From the NCBI GenBank assembly GCA_964057225.1, contig OZ059894.1, positions 9,858,001 through 9,922,000 on the forward strand: a DNA stretch of 64,000 bases, written 5' to 3'. Position numbers and translations under genes: made by a program. The notes below the pieces were generated by a model, which worked only from the letters and a program-made list of their open reading frames with translations, was not told where the DNA came from and searched no databases. Below, piece after piece: positions 1 through 14,600 of this stretch (its first letter is position 1; each line of letters starts with the position of its first letter). This DNA comes from Auanema rhodensis (taxonomy: Eukaryota > Animalia > Nematoda).

Positions 1-3000
1 ACGTGGAATTTGTAAGGAAATATCACATATGTATGTATATACATATGGATACTATGCACAAGAAATATGAGGAACGGTTGCTCATACCTTTCATTTTTCC
101 CTTCTTTTTCAGAAAATTTCAAACAAAAAATTGAAGAAAATTTTTCAAAATTTTTAATCTTTATCTATGAAGATTAGATAAATTCATTTGTGTTTTTTCT
201 TGCAAATCTCGTTACCTACATGCATACACCGAGTGAAAATCTAGTTTATCACTACAAGAGGTCCAGCAGAACCAGGAAAATGCTGGAAGCCTGATCATCT
301 TTCTTACGTTTTGTGAACCAGCTCTTCTTCTTCTTCTTCTTCTGCTTCTTAATCAACACCATCTCTTCTATATACCTCGTTTCGTTTTCTCTCACCTTCA
401 CTCTCTCTCTCCCCCCCCCATCTCTCTCTCTCTCTCTCTCTCACTTTCCCTCTTGTATATTCCTACAGTCATCATCATCATTATGTTTGTCAATGAATTA
501 AATAAGAGACAGGATGCCAGATGGTTATGTTCTTCAGCTTTAAAATTCTTCTTACCTTTCTGTTTCTCGTCAACGTTCTCATGGCTTTCAGCTCATTTTC
601 TTTTTCCCAATTATATTTTTCTCATTTGCCCGCACAAGATTTTTTTTGTTATCTTTGGGTAAAGAAAAAAGCTAATTCCCTGTTTTTGTGTTCCGAGAGC
701 ATCTCAAAGACCTTCAATCATCTACAGCTCACCTACAACCAACTTTTACTCCTTCGCATGAAGCGCATCAAGCTGCTTGGCCCCATATGCTTTTCACATT
801 CTTTTTTTCAGTTTTTGGAGCCAATTGTTCATATAATCCTCATATGCTTTGTTTAAATTATTTCTCAGTGATTAAATTACATAAAAACACAAAAAAAAGC
901 TTTTGGCAAACATGAGGCAAACGCGAGCTGAGCCTATTCATCACTGAAATTATGGAAAGAACCTAAGCTTCTGGTCAACCTCTAACCATATCCAATCCCT
1001 TCAAACTTTGTCAATCCCACCACATCTTACTCATATATAAAGTGCTTCAACAAAAATGTATTCACATGATTTTGTTGTGTTGAAAACGAAAGAGATAGAG
1101 AGAGATAGAGAGAGAGTGATGCACCTCCATCTCCGTCTTCTCATTTTCGTTGATCGTAGTTCTCTGTTCGTCATAAGCTTATCGAAATATGTCAAATCAG
1201 ATGAGAAACAGCAACGAAAATTGAGAATATTAATACATTTTTTGTTTTTTTGTCATCTGAACTCATCTCCTCTTCTTTCACACCTCACTCTACTTCACCA
1301 TCTCAAACAATGATGAGCACTTCTTCTTTCACTTTTGTACCTCCCCGTGTGATCTTTGTTACTTTACACAATATTCAATTTTCAATAATTTTTTTTAAGA
1401 AAAAAAAGTTTTAAAAATAATAAACTTGAAAGCTAAACTTTGAAAATTTCAAGAATTAATATAAACTGATTGAAACTATTATGCTGTGTTGTTTACATTG
1501 GATTGAAACTCTTTTTTCATATTTCTCTCTCTTTCTCTCTCTCTCTCTCCCTCTCTCTCTACCTATGTATGTAGATATACTTATCTCCTGGAATAATATT
1601 TTCTTTTCAATATAATCATTATTCATCTATTTCTTATAATCTTTTTGAAGAAAAAGCTTTTATCTCCCCCTTCTAATCCATATTTGCTTCCACTTTTTTT
1701 TGTAAAAAAACAGTTGGAGGCAGCGGAAAAGCGAAAAGTAAATTTGTCTGCTCCTCTTCCTTCTTTCTCCATCCTTCGTCTGTGTATATTGAAGCAAAGT
1801 ATAACTAAGATTCTAAACGGCAAATTGTTGATTTGATGTCCTTATATCTTCATAAACTTTAACAGAACGTTTGAGAAGCCAAGTTGATATTATGCGTTGA
1901 AGGAGAGATGTTGTTTGTGTGATTCAGTTCAGATAACTTCCGCATACCATCCAGATAGACGTAGCAACAAAAAGCATCAGATGATCAGATGATCATGATT
2001 ACGTCCTAATAGCAACATCTTAGTAGATTGAGAACGTCATCTACTTCTCCCACTTCTTCTTCATCTGCTTCTTCCTCTTTTCATTTCATCATCATAGCAT
2101 CAATCTCTCATATATTGTTCAGAGATCGACAATACATATTCATATTGAAGTGCTGAATAGAATTGTCAACAAACGCCTGTCGTCCGTGGCCTGATGCTCC
2201 ACAAAAAGCTTAATCGGCTCAGAACACACCGATGCTGTTGACATATTCTGAATTTGAGTAATAATTTTTAAATTCAAGTAAAATATATGTAAAAGCATGT
2301 GATGGATAATGAAAATTTGAGTGGCAAAAGTGCCAACGAACTACATACATATGCATGAAGTATGTGTATGATCGTTCAAGTTTGCAATTGATGAACGAAA
2401 TGCCATTTGCGGTCATCAGCCCTCGATTTGTTGGTAACCATAATCAGAAATGTTGATTTTATTTTAAAAATATCTTTCATATAGCATAGAGAGAGAGAAA
2501 ACGAGAGAAAGAAAGAGGGAGCGCCTGAGAGAGAAAGAGAGAGAGAGAGAGAAAGGGAGAGAGAGTTACGAAAAAGAAAATTTTCACCGACAAGAAGCTA
2601 TACGAACGTTCCTTGATGCCTTAAGCTTGTCATTTGCACATTTGCGTATTCTTCTTCTTCTCCTTCTTCTTCGTCTACGTCTTCGTCTTTGCCTTTTTCT
2701 TAAAATAATTGTTTCTGTTTCTACCACATTCAGAGATCAATGTTTGTGGACGTTATTCTCATGAGCATATGCAAGATTTTCCTTGATAGACCTCCAGTTT
2801 TCAATTCCCCACAGTATCAGTGACTCTATGAGAAGAAGTAAATACACCGCATCATTCAAACAAGTGTTATGAGGATACTGCTTCTGCTCATATAAGCTTA
2901 TATCAGATTTGAATCACTGGTTAAGTCACGAGTTTTAGAAACACAAAGCTGTAAGACTTTCAATTTCACCAGAATTAGTTGAAGCTTACATCAGAGGGAC

Positions 3001-4279
3001 AGCGCCAAATGAACTTTCTTCTTTTTAAAAATGTTATTTTCAATAGTTGAATAGTACGACTGACACACACATTTATTGGTCTAAATTCTAACAAAACATA
3101 TAAATTCTTTATAAAAACTTTTTTTTTCATTTGAACATGTAGCCCTGTTCTCCCTCCAAAGTCTCTCTCCCTCCCTCCTTTCCCTACACAAAAAATCTGT
3201 TCTTTGCCCTTTTTTCCGTAGCTAATAGACGTACGCGAACACGATGAATGAAACCCTCATTATCACGTTCGTTCCAAATCACCAACTTTCTTCTTCGTTC
3301 CAGCATTACGTGAACAAACTCAAACAAGCTATTCTTACACAAATATCAACACCTTACCTTATTCTCTTTCTCTCTCTCTCTCTTGCAAGTACATATGATG
3401 AGATCAGGTACTGACGAACGTCCAGTTTATGATTCCTCTTCCTTCTCGTTTAATATGGATTCACTTATGAGGTACGAGAGTTTAGAGAGTTTCAAACAAA
3501 ACAACAACATGAATATGACATTTGGTCTCGTACTTTCTAGTATCAATGATCTCAAAAAAAGGATTTTGGGTGGTCTCTTGATGACTATAAGTATGGTCTT
3601 CCAAACAACATGAAGTACTGGCTTAAACAGTATACTCATGCTCTCCTTATGTGTTTTTCGTTCGTAAACTGAAGTTTTAAACGATTAGTTGAGGCATTAA
3701 GCGTAGGTTCTTTTCAAGTTTGCCTGTCTGTTGCTTCTTGACTTTCCGGACACTGTTGTATAATGCTCCAAGTTCTTCTTGCTGTCTTGTATCTCCGTCT
3801 CATTCGCATTCTCTTGCTTGCTCTAGACCATTGTTTCTCTTTGTCCTCAGTCTCGATGTCGTTCTGGCCGTTGTCATCACAGAAGAACCAGCTGTGGTTT
3901 GTATGACGATGAAGATTGCTCGATCTAATAGCTAACGGTAGCATTTCCTCTTTCCTCACCACCCTAGTCTCGCAGTCCTCGTTAACGTTTTGTTGACTTC
4001 TGAGCTCCTCAACAACCTGACGCCCACCATTTCCACACAGATTCAACGCAACTATCTGCCAGTTATTCAATTTACTATCGTTTTTACCCTTTTCCAAAGA
4101 CTAAAACTACATATACCCAGTAGTAATTCTCTTTATCTCTTTCACTTCAACTTCAGGATATGCCCAATTTTCCAAGTTGTACTTCCATTCGTTCGTACTG
4201 TCAATCGCATTCGTTATTCAACCTTTTTCCGCTCTTCTTATGTTTTTTCCGAACATTATGTTCAATCTGTTTTTAGATT

Positions 4280-7200
4280 ATGATGTCACCTACACCTACA
4301 TGGCTTCACCGCGAAAAAATGATCCACGAAAAGGTCTTCGACACTCTGTCACGTCCATTCTCACGTGCAATTGACTCATCTGATGACGGGTACGTTCAAT
4401 TGCTCTTTCTTCTAATTATTCGCTTACCATATGCTTATTTTTCAAAATTTCCAAAATTAGCATAAGTATTACGTAAAATTAACGTGAAGTATATTCATTT
4501 TTACTTGAATTATACGAAAAACCGGTTGTTCTCATGTCTTCTTTTTCATATCCGTTCGTCCTCATCTTCCGTACCTATAAAAACGTTTTCAAACAAAGTT
4601 CAAACTCAAAACATGTTGAATATAATTTAATTTTTTATATTATTCATGTACATATTTATATATTTTATATTGTAAATATTCACAAATATACAAATACTTA
4701 AAAACAGCTTGAAAAGGGTAATAAGAGGGGAAGGGGCTAATATTTCTTTTGCATAAAATTAAGAAAATAATATAATTTTATTATATTTCTTAAATTTGAA
4801 TTTAAAGCAAAAGTTTTTGATCTTTGAATAACTATTTAAATATAATTTCTAATTTCTAATTATATATTATATGATATTGACGTTAAATCACATTAAAATG
4901 TATGAAATATCATTATTATACGTATAGTTTAACAGTTATTTATATTATTAATTCTATATATATCTATATAGATATACGTATATATTTCATATAAAACTTA
5001 ATGTTATATATTAGATTAACAATTAGTATTTCAATATTCAATCTTCAAGTTATTTCAAAAGACTTTTGTTTTCTATGGAATACCTCATCTTCTCTCTCTC
5101 TCTCTCTCTATCCAATAAAACACAAAGTATATTACATGAACATATGTACATATGAGGATATACTCCATTTTTCTTCCTTATTATATATTATATAATAGTT
5201 ATTTAGCAATAATAATCACATATTCTCACTTGAAATAGTTGAGATATGAGAAATATAAATGGCTGATCTTTCATAAAGTAGAAAGATCTTAAGTATTTTG
5301 AGCTAAAAATATACTTTTTCTGAACTGAAACATGAAGGTGGGAGGAAGACCGCAAAAGAGAGAGAGAGAGAGAGGAAATATTTGAATGATTGGGTGTTGA
5401 AATGATGTAAGAACCATAGGTGTTGTGTATTATTATACTATACATATACTCATATTGAATAGCATTGTTTTGAGTTGAACTTAGAATGTATTTCTATAAA
5501 CCTGAAATTCCAACTTATTTCATCGAACTCAAGATATGCGTACTATATGTTGACAGCAGCACAAAGCCGCCGAGCTCATATGCGCTTGGTGGTACTGCAG
5601 TCTAAAGCACGGCAGAGACTTTGCTACACGAATATGTGATGTTTGAGAGATCAAGCATATGAGTATGTGCATGTTCTTATTCAATGTTTCCTTCAAATAA
5701 GATCTTCTAAACGAATATGTTTTCGAAACTTTCCTTTCAACTGGATCCATTTGCTACTTAATATCATCCACCAAAAGGGCTTCTCCTTTTCCTTCTTCTG
5801 TTTTTATTCTTCAGGTCAAAACATTTTTCTTGTTGAAATACATGGAAATATGACCGATAAAGAGTGTATACTGTGAAACAAAATAGCTGAGAGACAGAGT
5901 TTGAAAGAGAGAGAGAGGGAAAGAGAGGAAGAGACAACGATTAATATTCATTTTCGCCTTGTTATCCTCCTTTCACTCTCACCTCATTTCTTCTTCTTCT
6001 GAAATGCTGATAGGGCAAAACCGCTCATTGCTCGTTTTCCTGTAATCCCTTCCACATTGTTTAAGTTGCAACTACATAAAACCTATTTTGTCAACTAATT
6101 TTCAATTATCACACCTGCTCATTCAATCGTACAAGCTATTAAGTACATGTAGTTAGTTATATATGATAAGTTGTTGGTTTAACTATACATATACGCATAA
6201 AATATTTTTTATTTGCAAATGCTTCAAGTTCTCCTTCCGGTATAGTATAGTTTTAACCAAAAAGGATTTATGACTCTTTGTAGACTACGGTAACTTACAT
6301 AGCTCAATGTGCCTAATCATTCGTGGTCATCATTCTTCTAGCCTTCCCTCTTCATCCCCAACCTAACAACTTAGTCTGCAGTTTTTTTTTTGCTCAAAGT
6401 TTCAGTTAATATATAAAACTTGCGGAACAAACCTTGAATGCTTATACGCATCAATAGAATATGAACAATTCCTTTATTCATTTATCTGTTTTCGTGTATT
6501 TTCCTTAATCATTGCGACTTCATATAGAATTTCTGAAGAGAAAAGGTAAAACAATAGATTTTCTGAAGAATCTAAAGCATCTCAACAGATCCATGAGACT
6601 GTTCGTCCAGAAAATCTGTTTTCCAAACTTGTTTCTTTCTATTTCTCTCTCTTTTTCTCTCTTTAGCTCTTATTTCATTCCACTACTATTAGCTGAACTA
6701 AGAAAGCAAAGTTGCTCCCGGCAATCCAGTTACAGATAACGTTTTTCTTAATTTCTAAGCTTTTTTCCCTTTCAAAAGAATAGAAAAGAGCTTTTTTACA
6801 TGTTTTTCTCTTAGATAAATTAATATTTTGTTGTGCAATCAGACAAAATAAATCATTTTTCCTGGGAAGTTTTAGGATTTTCGTATTTGACGTTGGCACT
6901 ACGTTTGCCTTTTGCTCGTCATATTATGTGATTAAACTACTACTATTTCTTCCTCGATTCAAATATTTTCAACAACATTTATTTTAATTTTATCAAAATA
7001 TATAAGAAAAGATGTTATTTTTCTATTTCTCTATCTATCTATCTATCTATATATATCTGATAAGAATAGAAAAAAAATTAAATAAGAAGGAATATAAGCT
7101 GTGGTGTCTATTGGCAACAACGCGACATGAAATACAAATTAAAAAAAAGTTCAAACAAACTCGAACAAGCTCGAACAAGCTTGAACTAGAAGAAGAGAAA

Positions 7201-7523
7201 GAGAGAGAGAGAGAGATAGAGATAGAGAGAGAGAAAGCATTTCACGTTTTTGTTTTTTTTTCTTTGTTTGTCCTCCCGCTTTCAGAAGTTTGACTGTCAA
7301 TGTTAATACACCTTTTGACGTTTTTTTATATGAAAAGACGAACGAAATTCTTGAATGTAGGAAAGATTAAATGAAATATTAGAGATGAAAAAATCTTAGA
7401 AAAGTGGAATAAGCTTGCAAAAATGAAAAAAAAGAGGCTTTTCTTTTGTTTCTTGTTTTTGTATTTATGAGTTTTGATAGTTCATATTGAAAAAAATAGT
7501 TAACCTTTCAACACATAATAGTT

Positions 7524-7575
<52 letters not shown>

Positions 7576-10500
7576 TTGTTCTTTTTGTGCAAGGAAGATA
7601 AGTAGAAAAGCTTTGCAGTTCATTACTATTTCTCTACTTTGTTTCCCCCGTTTGCTCTCCTGAAGAGGGCGGAGAACATCAAAGTCATAAACATCATTGG
7701 TCATCACAGCCTCCCATGGTCCATCTTCCTACTAAAACCTTTCACCAGATTTTCTTTGCTTCGTTTTTCAAAGTAAAAGCAAGCCAGTAGCCAGAGCTAT
7801 TCCGTGTCGCTTTTTTCTTCATTTATTTCTCCAAATTTGAATATTATATACTAGAACTTGAAGAACTTCATGCTTTAAAATATGCTGGAAATCATCGTTT
7901 GTCATGTTTTTCATATTCTTAACTGATGATTATTCATATTATCTATACGAATTCAACTCAAACTTGTCCTTAAATCATGATTGTGATCTAAGTTATAACA
8001 TCTGTTTCATGACTTCAAAAAGGGCATCAGAGACCTCGACACATCAAATGACGACGGCATCCACTCATGCATTCACGTTCTCATCTTGTTGTCGAAATAG
8101 AAAGAGTGTAGTAATCTCATACATGCAGGATTTCTTTAGATTTCATGTGTCATAGATCAGGCAGATTCAGCTATATGTATACATATATGTATTTTCCAAG
8201 TGTTCATCATATACGAGGTTTCGAGGTGCTCTCTCTCTTTCCCTCTTTTTCCCTCTCATTCGCGTATTAGATAGAGGATAGAAAGAAGAAGCCTCATCAC
8301 CTATACTTCATCAGATACAGCAAATTTCTGTTTCATAGACCAATTTCTTGCAGTCATTTTGCTAGCATTTCACAAACCAAATTAATTCAATTCGAGCCAA
8401 CAAAACAGTCTGAAATCAACAGAAAATTTCATTTCACAAGTGAGAAATTATGGAATTTTCTTGTTTTTTTTTTAAATTTTGTTCTGTAAATATATGTTAT
8501 TGTAATGAAAATTATCCAAATATATTCATGTTCATTGCCTCATACCCCCATTTTCATTAATCTTTCTAACGAATATTAATTCAAATATTTGCTGGAACTA
8601 AAAAAAGCTGTCGTCGGGGCCATTTTTTGGCAATTTATCCTTAAAGAGAGAGAGAGAGATCGAGAGAGATTCAGAGATTCAGAGAGAGAGAATAGCAAGA
8701 CGCCCTGATTACTTGGTTCCCCACATTGTACTAATGCTTCCTAAACTAATCTTTGCTTTCAACCTTTAGGCATTGATCTCATTGCTTCAGTTCTTTCGTT
8801 CATCCTATCAGTCAAATTGCCAAATTTATCTTCCTCATACTCTGCGTATTGTCATTTGCTATGTGTTTCATGAAAAATGAAATATTCATATAAGAAAACT
8901 TATATAAATTATCATTTTAACTCTGCGCGAAACGTTAACAGCCTGCTCTTAGCAACTTGATCAAGTTTTATGTCGTATTTCTTATATGATATACTACCTT
9001 ATTCTTTTTTATTCTTTTTAATATTTCAGTTAAAGATCCATTTATCTTTTACGAAAGACAAGAAGACAAATATCTTCCGGCTTTAAGAATAATCAGTTAA
9101 CTATATGCATATATATATAAGTTCTTATATAGAATATTCTTTAGAACTAAATCTTTAACATTGTTACATCGCAAGATAATTTTCTCGTTTCAACCTTCCT
9201 TTCCTCCTCTCCCCCCCCCTTTTTCATGTAATTGCTAGACACAGAGCAAAAAGCAAAGCACATATCCTGCCTCAATTATATGAGAAATATATGTAATAAC
9301 CAACATAGATCCGTGAAATATTAGCATAACTTACGTGTTCACGTGGTTCGTGACTATGAAGCCAAAAATCATTTTCACATTGATGATGCAATAGGGAACG
9401 GTTGTCCATGCTCTCTCTCTCTCTCTGATTTCAAATATTAAAATTTTAGTTTTACCACGTGAATTCTAGTAAGCAAAGGAATAAAAGTATCAAAGTAATC
9501 CATTTATATTGGTTATATATACTATACTAAAACAGAATATATTATATAGTATTATATAGTATTTAAAAGAGATTTAACAATATATGTTTGTCTTATGATT
9601 ATATATATCAGATATGCATATACGTATATGTATACATATATGTATTATCAATCAAAAACATTAGAAAAAGAATTAAAAATCGGAATATTTAAAGAAATAT
9701 TTGTGATCATTAACCAGCTGTTTCCATATTTTCTTTGTTAATTTTAGACAAAACATCGAAAAAAAACCAACTTTGTAATCTTTAGAATGATTTTTTGATG
9801 AAAATTTATATAAATAATACAAATAATATGATATAATCGTGATATAAACTAGAAATATCTGTAAACTATCCCACTTTTTTGCCAACTTAACTCTTACTCC
9901 CATCTATCTAGCCATGTAAATGTATTTATTTCCTCGTTTTCTTCTTCGTTTTTTTGCTTTCCTTTTCAGTTTTTTTTTTCTCAAAATCCTTTGATGTTTG
10001 ATTACAAGGAAGCAAACTTCATAACATTGTTATATAGCCATCTCTCAACTTTAGAGACTAAAATCATTTTAAAACTAACTGACAAGTAGTTTACTCAGTC
10101 TAAGGCCAAAAAAAGAAAAAAATAGTCCGATCAAGAAGACAAATCTATTCAAGTTAACTAGTCTGCACATCATGCTATTCATAACCAACAACTAAATTAG
10201 ACGAAGCCTCTTGCTTTACGTTTGCTTTTCTTAGATTTTTCTTTTCATGCTTACATACATTCGTCATTTCTCACTTTTTTACCTCATCTCCCTCAATTGA
10301 GAGTTTTCCGACTTCTTCTCCTTTAAATCCTTTCGATTGCTCCAGAATTTTTTTGGTGTTAATTCTGAATCAAATTAAGCACAGAAAATGATTACAATGG
10401 TCAGGACTTCGTGTCTGAACCTTGCTCTCCTTCTCAGATCAATTTGACTATCTACTGTTCGTTTCCCATGGCTATCTGCTACATCACCATCATTCCATCT

Positions 10501-11556
10501 CCTTCACTCTCATCGGCTTTTTTAGCTTCTGCTCTCCATTTCGTTTTGTTAAAACATGAGTAAAATCATGTTTTAACTCGTTGTAATCTTAGTCTTTCTC
10601 TTCTACGTAATCTCATATAATACATTCTCACTGTCATTTTTCTATTTTGAGTCTTGGAAGGGTCACGTAATGCTTCATTTCTCTCGATTTTCAACCTCTT
10701 CTTATCTTCACAATACCCGTTATGTCACTAATCTGATGGCCATAGGCTAAGCATAGCTGAACCACGAGTGAGAAATGAGATAAAAAGCTTTTGAAATGCA
10801 AAACGAAACGAGATATTTTCCTTTTTTTTATTATTTTTTTTTCTCTTTTTATGACATTCTATGTATATTTTGGATGTTTTTACCAAATAATTCAAAAATA
10901 CTCTATCACATGTCGTCAAGCATATGCGAGCTTCAGTTTCTATTGTGTGTGCATCCGTACCCTTTCGTCCATCAACCTCGTCCTGCTCCTCCTTCTTCTC
11001 CAGCAGCTCCTGCTTCTACTCCCGCCTTTTTCCACGCACACACACCTCCCCTTTTCATTTCCATGTTCTCCACATCAAGCTCGTCAGATCGTTCAAGCTT
11101 TGTCTTGCTTTTCATTCAATTCTTCTCCCCCCCCTCCCTCCTGTTTTTTCTTTTTATTTCTTCACAGATCTATTTATTCTTAATGTCATATCATCGTTTC
11201 TGTGTTCGATGAGATGCGAAGATTACAAGCTTGCAACCTTTCATTTCATATGTACTCAACATGAACTTCTTTTATTTTCAATCAGTCTAAAGATACCATA
11301 ATATTAAAATAGAAAGAACATCATCATGGATATTTTCCGAAACAAGATAAGCAAGTTAAGTTGGATAATCAGATATCAAAGCGATGTGTGACTTCATCAT
11401 TCCGGAACATCTATTCTTATTTATAAAACAGAAAAAGAAAAATAAAAACCAAGTTTGTCAAAATTTTCTAGAACATCAAACTTGATATAGAAAATAAAAT
11501 TTCTTCAATGTCTTATCAAGAGCATATTCAGGGTAAAAGAATAGGGAGAAAGAGAA

Positions 11557-11611
<55 letters not shown>

Positions 11612-14600
11612 AATACCATTCAAATCAGAGGGTAGAAAACCAAAAAAAAAGAAAAAAGACTTCATGACTCTTCATCATAAATATTGAGAGAGAGAGGGAG
11701 AGAGAGAGAGAGACTTTGCATGTTTTGGGAGTATCATCAGTCATGCTGAGATCATTATTTTTCTTTTGAACTCTACAAATCATTAGCCGACTTGCCTCAT
11801 GTTCTTCCTGTTCTTTGAGAGAAGAGATAAAATAGTTTGTTGATGACTTTAAAGGATCAAATTAGTCTGTGTAACTACATTGATTTCTTCAAATCTAATC
11901 AAATTTTCTATTTAAAACCCATTTTTACTCCATCATCTTATAAAATTTATAAAAGAAGACAATGAAAATAAGAAAATATGCTTATTCTTGTCATGCTTTC
12001 CCGTATTCCCATAGGATTTCAATACCGAATAGATCGGGATATATCTGAAGAAATCCACTCATCTCATTTCTTGTCTTCCCTCCTCCACTTCCTGCTATAT
12101 TCTCAGCTCTCTCGCTTTCTCTCTAATTCTCTCTCATATCACTATTTCCTCTTTTAACTTCCATTTTTAGTACTGATGTTTGACATCACCATCATTGAAA
12201 GCTTGTGAAAAAAATGAAATAACGAAGACAACTGCGTGTATCAACGCGTGTTGCCTCTTGAACTTTCAGATCAAAAGCGGAAGCAGAAACGTTGCTGCTT
12301 TGCTGCTGAGAACTCGATACATCTGCGGTGGTGGAGAACGAATTCTACTTCTAGCTTTTTTCGTCATTCTCTTACTACTTTGCAGCAACTTTTCCTTCTT
12401 ATTACTTTTCTTGAAGAATTTTCTCAAAATTTAACTTCAAGCTTATCATATATTCTTTTACCATTATTCATCCATCCATCCATCTAGCCAGTTGGCTAGC
12501 TAGCTAACTAACTAGCAAACGATCTATTCATCCATGTTCTACACCATGTTCTCATAAATTTAGCTCAAGTCCACAAGGTGTAGTTATACATGCTTAACAA
12601 CAAAGGCGGAGTTTCTCCATGCAGTCTTTCTGCCGATCTCTCCGCCCACCCCCACAGAAAAGGTCTGTGATGATCATCAGCAACTTCAGCTATCATCTCA
12701 ACTGCTATTTAAGCATTATTACTACTTATATCATATAGTTATTTCCAATTTCTTTTTCAACCAACCTCACACATCTCCACACACACACACACACACACAC
12801 ACATAGTTAAGAGAAACATTTATTTTTGCCCCAAAGCATTCATCACACACATTGTATCTGCTCTTCCTCTCATGCTCATCATTGGAAAAAGGCTTAGGAT
12901 TAACCTTGTCATATGTTGTTTTCAGTCCATTCATCCAGTTATGTATGTTTTCTACAAATGGAAATTATATATTTGGATATTCATTACTATTATGAAGTCT
13001 GAGTCTGAGTCAGAGATACATACGTGTATATCTATGTATCTCATACATCATAACTATCGTCGGACATTCATTTGAACTTCAATTATATTCTAAAAATATT
13101 TTTTCACCTCAACATGCTCCTTTAATTTTCAAAAGATGAATGAGATCTCTCACCTTTACCACGAAACTACCTCCGAAAACCAATCAAAAATGAAAGAAAA
13201 TTGTTCAAAAACTTTCTTATGTTTCAACTATAATTTCGTCGTTTCTTTTCTTTTTTTTTGTTGTAAAGACATCAGATTTGTAGTTCCTTATACTGCTCTC
13301 GAATTAGTGCATTTTACTCTTTTTTTCCCAAAAGGAAGGCACATTTCACTATTTCGTTCAAGCATCTCGTTTTACTTTCACACTTGAATTTTGAAATTTG
13401 AAATGTAAAAAATGGCAGAAAGATCCGTTCAAATTGACTTTCGAATTTGCACTCTGTGGTAGGTCATCTGGGATGAATATTTGGGGGGGAATAGCCTAAC
13501 TCTTCATTCTTGAACATATCAGATTTGAGTTCAGTCAAGTCTGTTCTCTCTCTCTCTCTCGCTCTCTCTCGCTCTCTCTCTCTCTCTCTCTAATCATCAT
13601 CAGCTAAAGCTTATGAATTTTGAGTTAAACAAAAACTGATGCTATTGATGATGATGATGATGTGGTGAAAAAAAAAAAGAAATTCTGAAGATCATAGATG
13701 TCGTACACCCATTTCTCACACGTTTGTCTCATTCATATTCGGAAATACAAAGCAATCACCTCTACCTATTTCTACATCATTGAATATTTTATGTTTCAGT
13801 ACATATTTCCCTTCACTTCATACTATATAAGAAGATCTTTTTTCTTTTTTTTGCTGTTTTTTCCAAGTGTATTCACACTTATGAACATCTTTCCATTTCA
13901 TTTACTTCATTCGTTATTCATCATTCTATTTTTAGTTTTCATTATCTATGAAATAAATTTTTCTTTCAAAAAAAAAAAAAAAAAACAAAGAACTTCTAAC
14001 TCATTTCATCTTCAATGTTATCTTCCAATTAATTTGTCCTTTCAATCTATTAACAATGACTTTTCAACAGGCTACTCATATCATTCAAACTGATTTCCCC
14101 CCATATACATACATGCTCTTTGGAGTTTTGATAGATGAATTATACTTTTATTGTCAATTGTTATCCTTCAAATAGCCTTTCCTGCTTCCTGAATTACAGG
14201 AAATTCTAATGATTTCAGTCTCTCACAACCAGGAATTCCTTTATCATTCACCGATATATACATTAATCCATTCATATGTATGCATTTCTGAGAAATGAAA
14301 CGCTTTTGGTTTTGGTGGCTAACAAGCTATCCGACTGATTCACTTCCGGTGTCTTTTGTCAATTGTTTCCGACGACATCATCAGTATTTTTACTTCCAAA
14401 AAGATATAGAAGCTGAATAAGCCATAAGAAACTTGACCTCCAGACAACCTGCTTAGAAGTTCACCAAAAAGGCTGCTCATATGTGGCTGAAAACAAACAG
14501 CAAACTACTACTTCTGCCACTACTACTATAACTCCAAACTATTACTACCTACTACTGTGACGATTTCAACCTCCCCTCTCTCAATCTTTCCATTTCATAT

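Noticed and set aside
3714-4097. 127-aa minus-strand ORF and overlapping plus ORFs
   Set aside because: No recognisable domain or consistent splice chain; more likely promoter/outron of the 4280 exon.
11747-11770. TGAGATCA bantam/miR-80-family seed (also at ~3399 and ~62697)
   Set aside because: No complementary star arm nearby.
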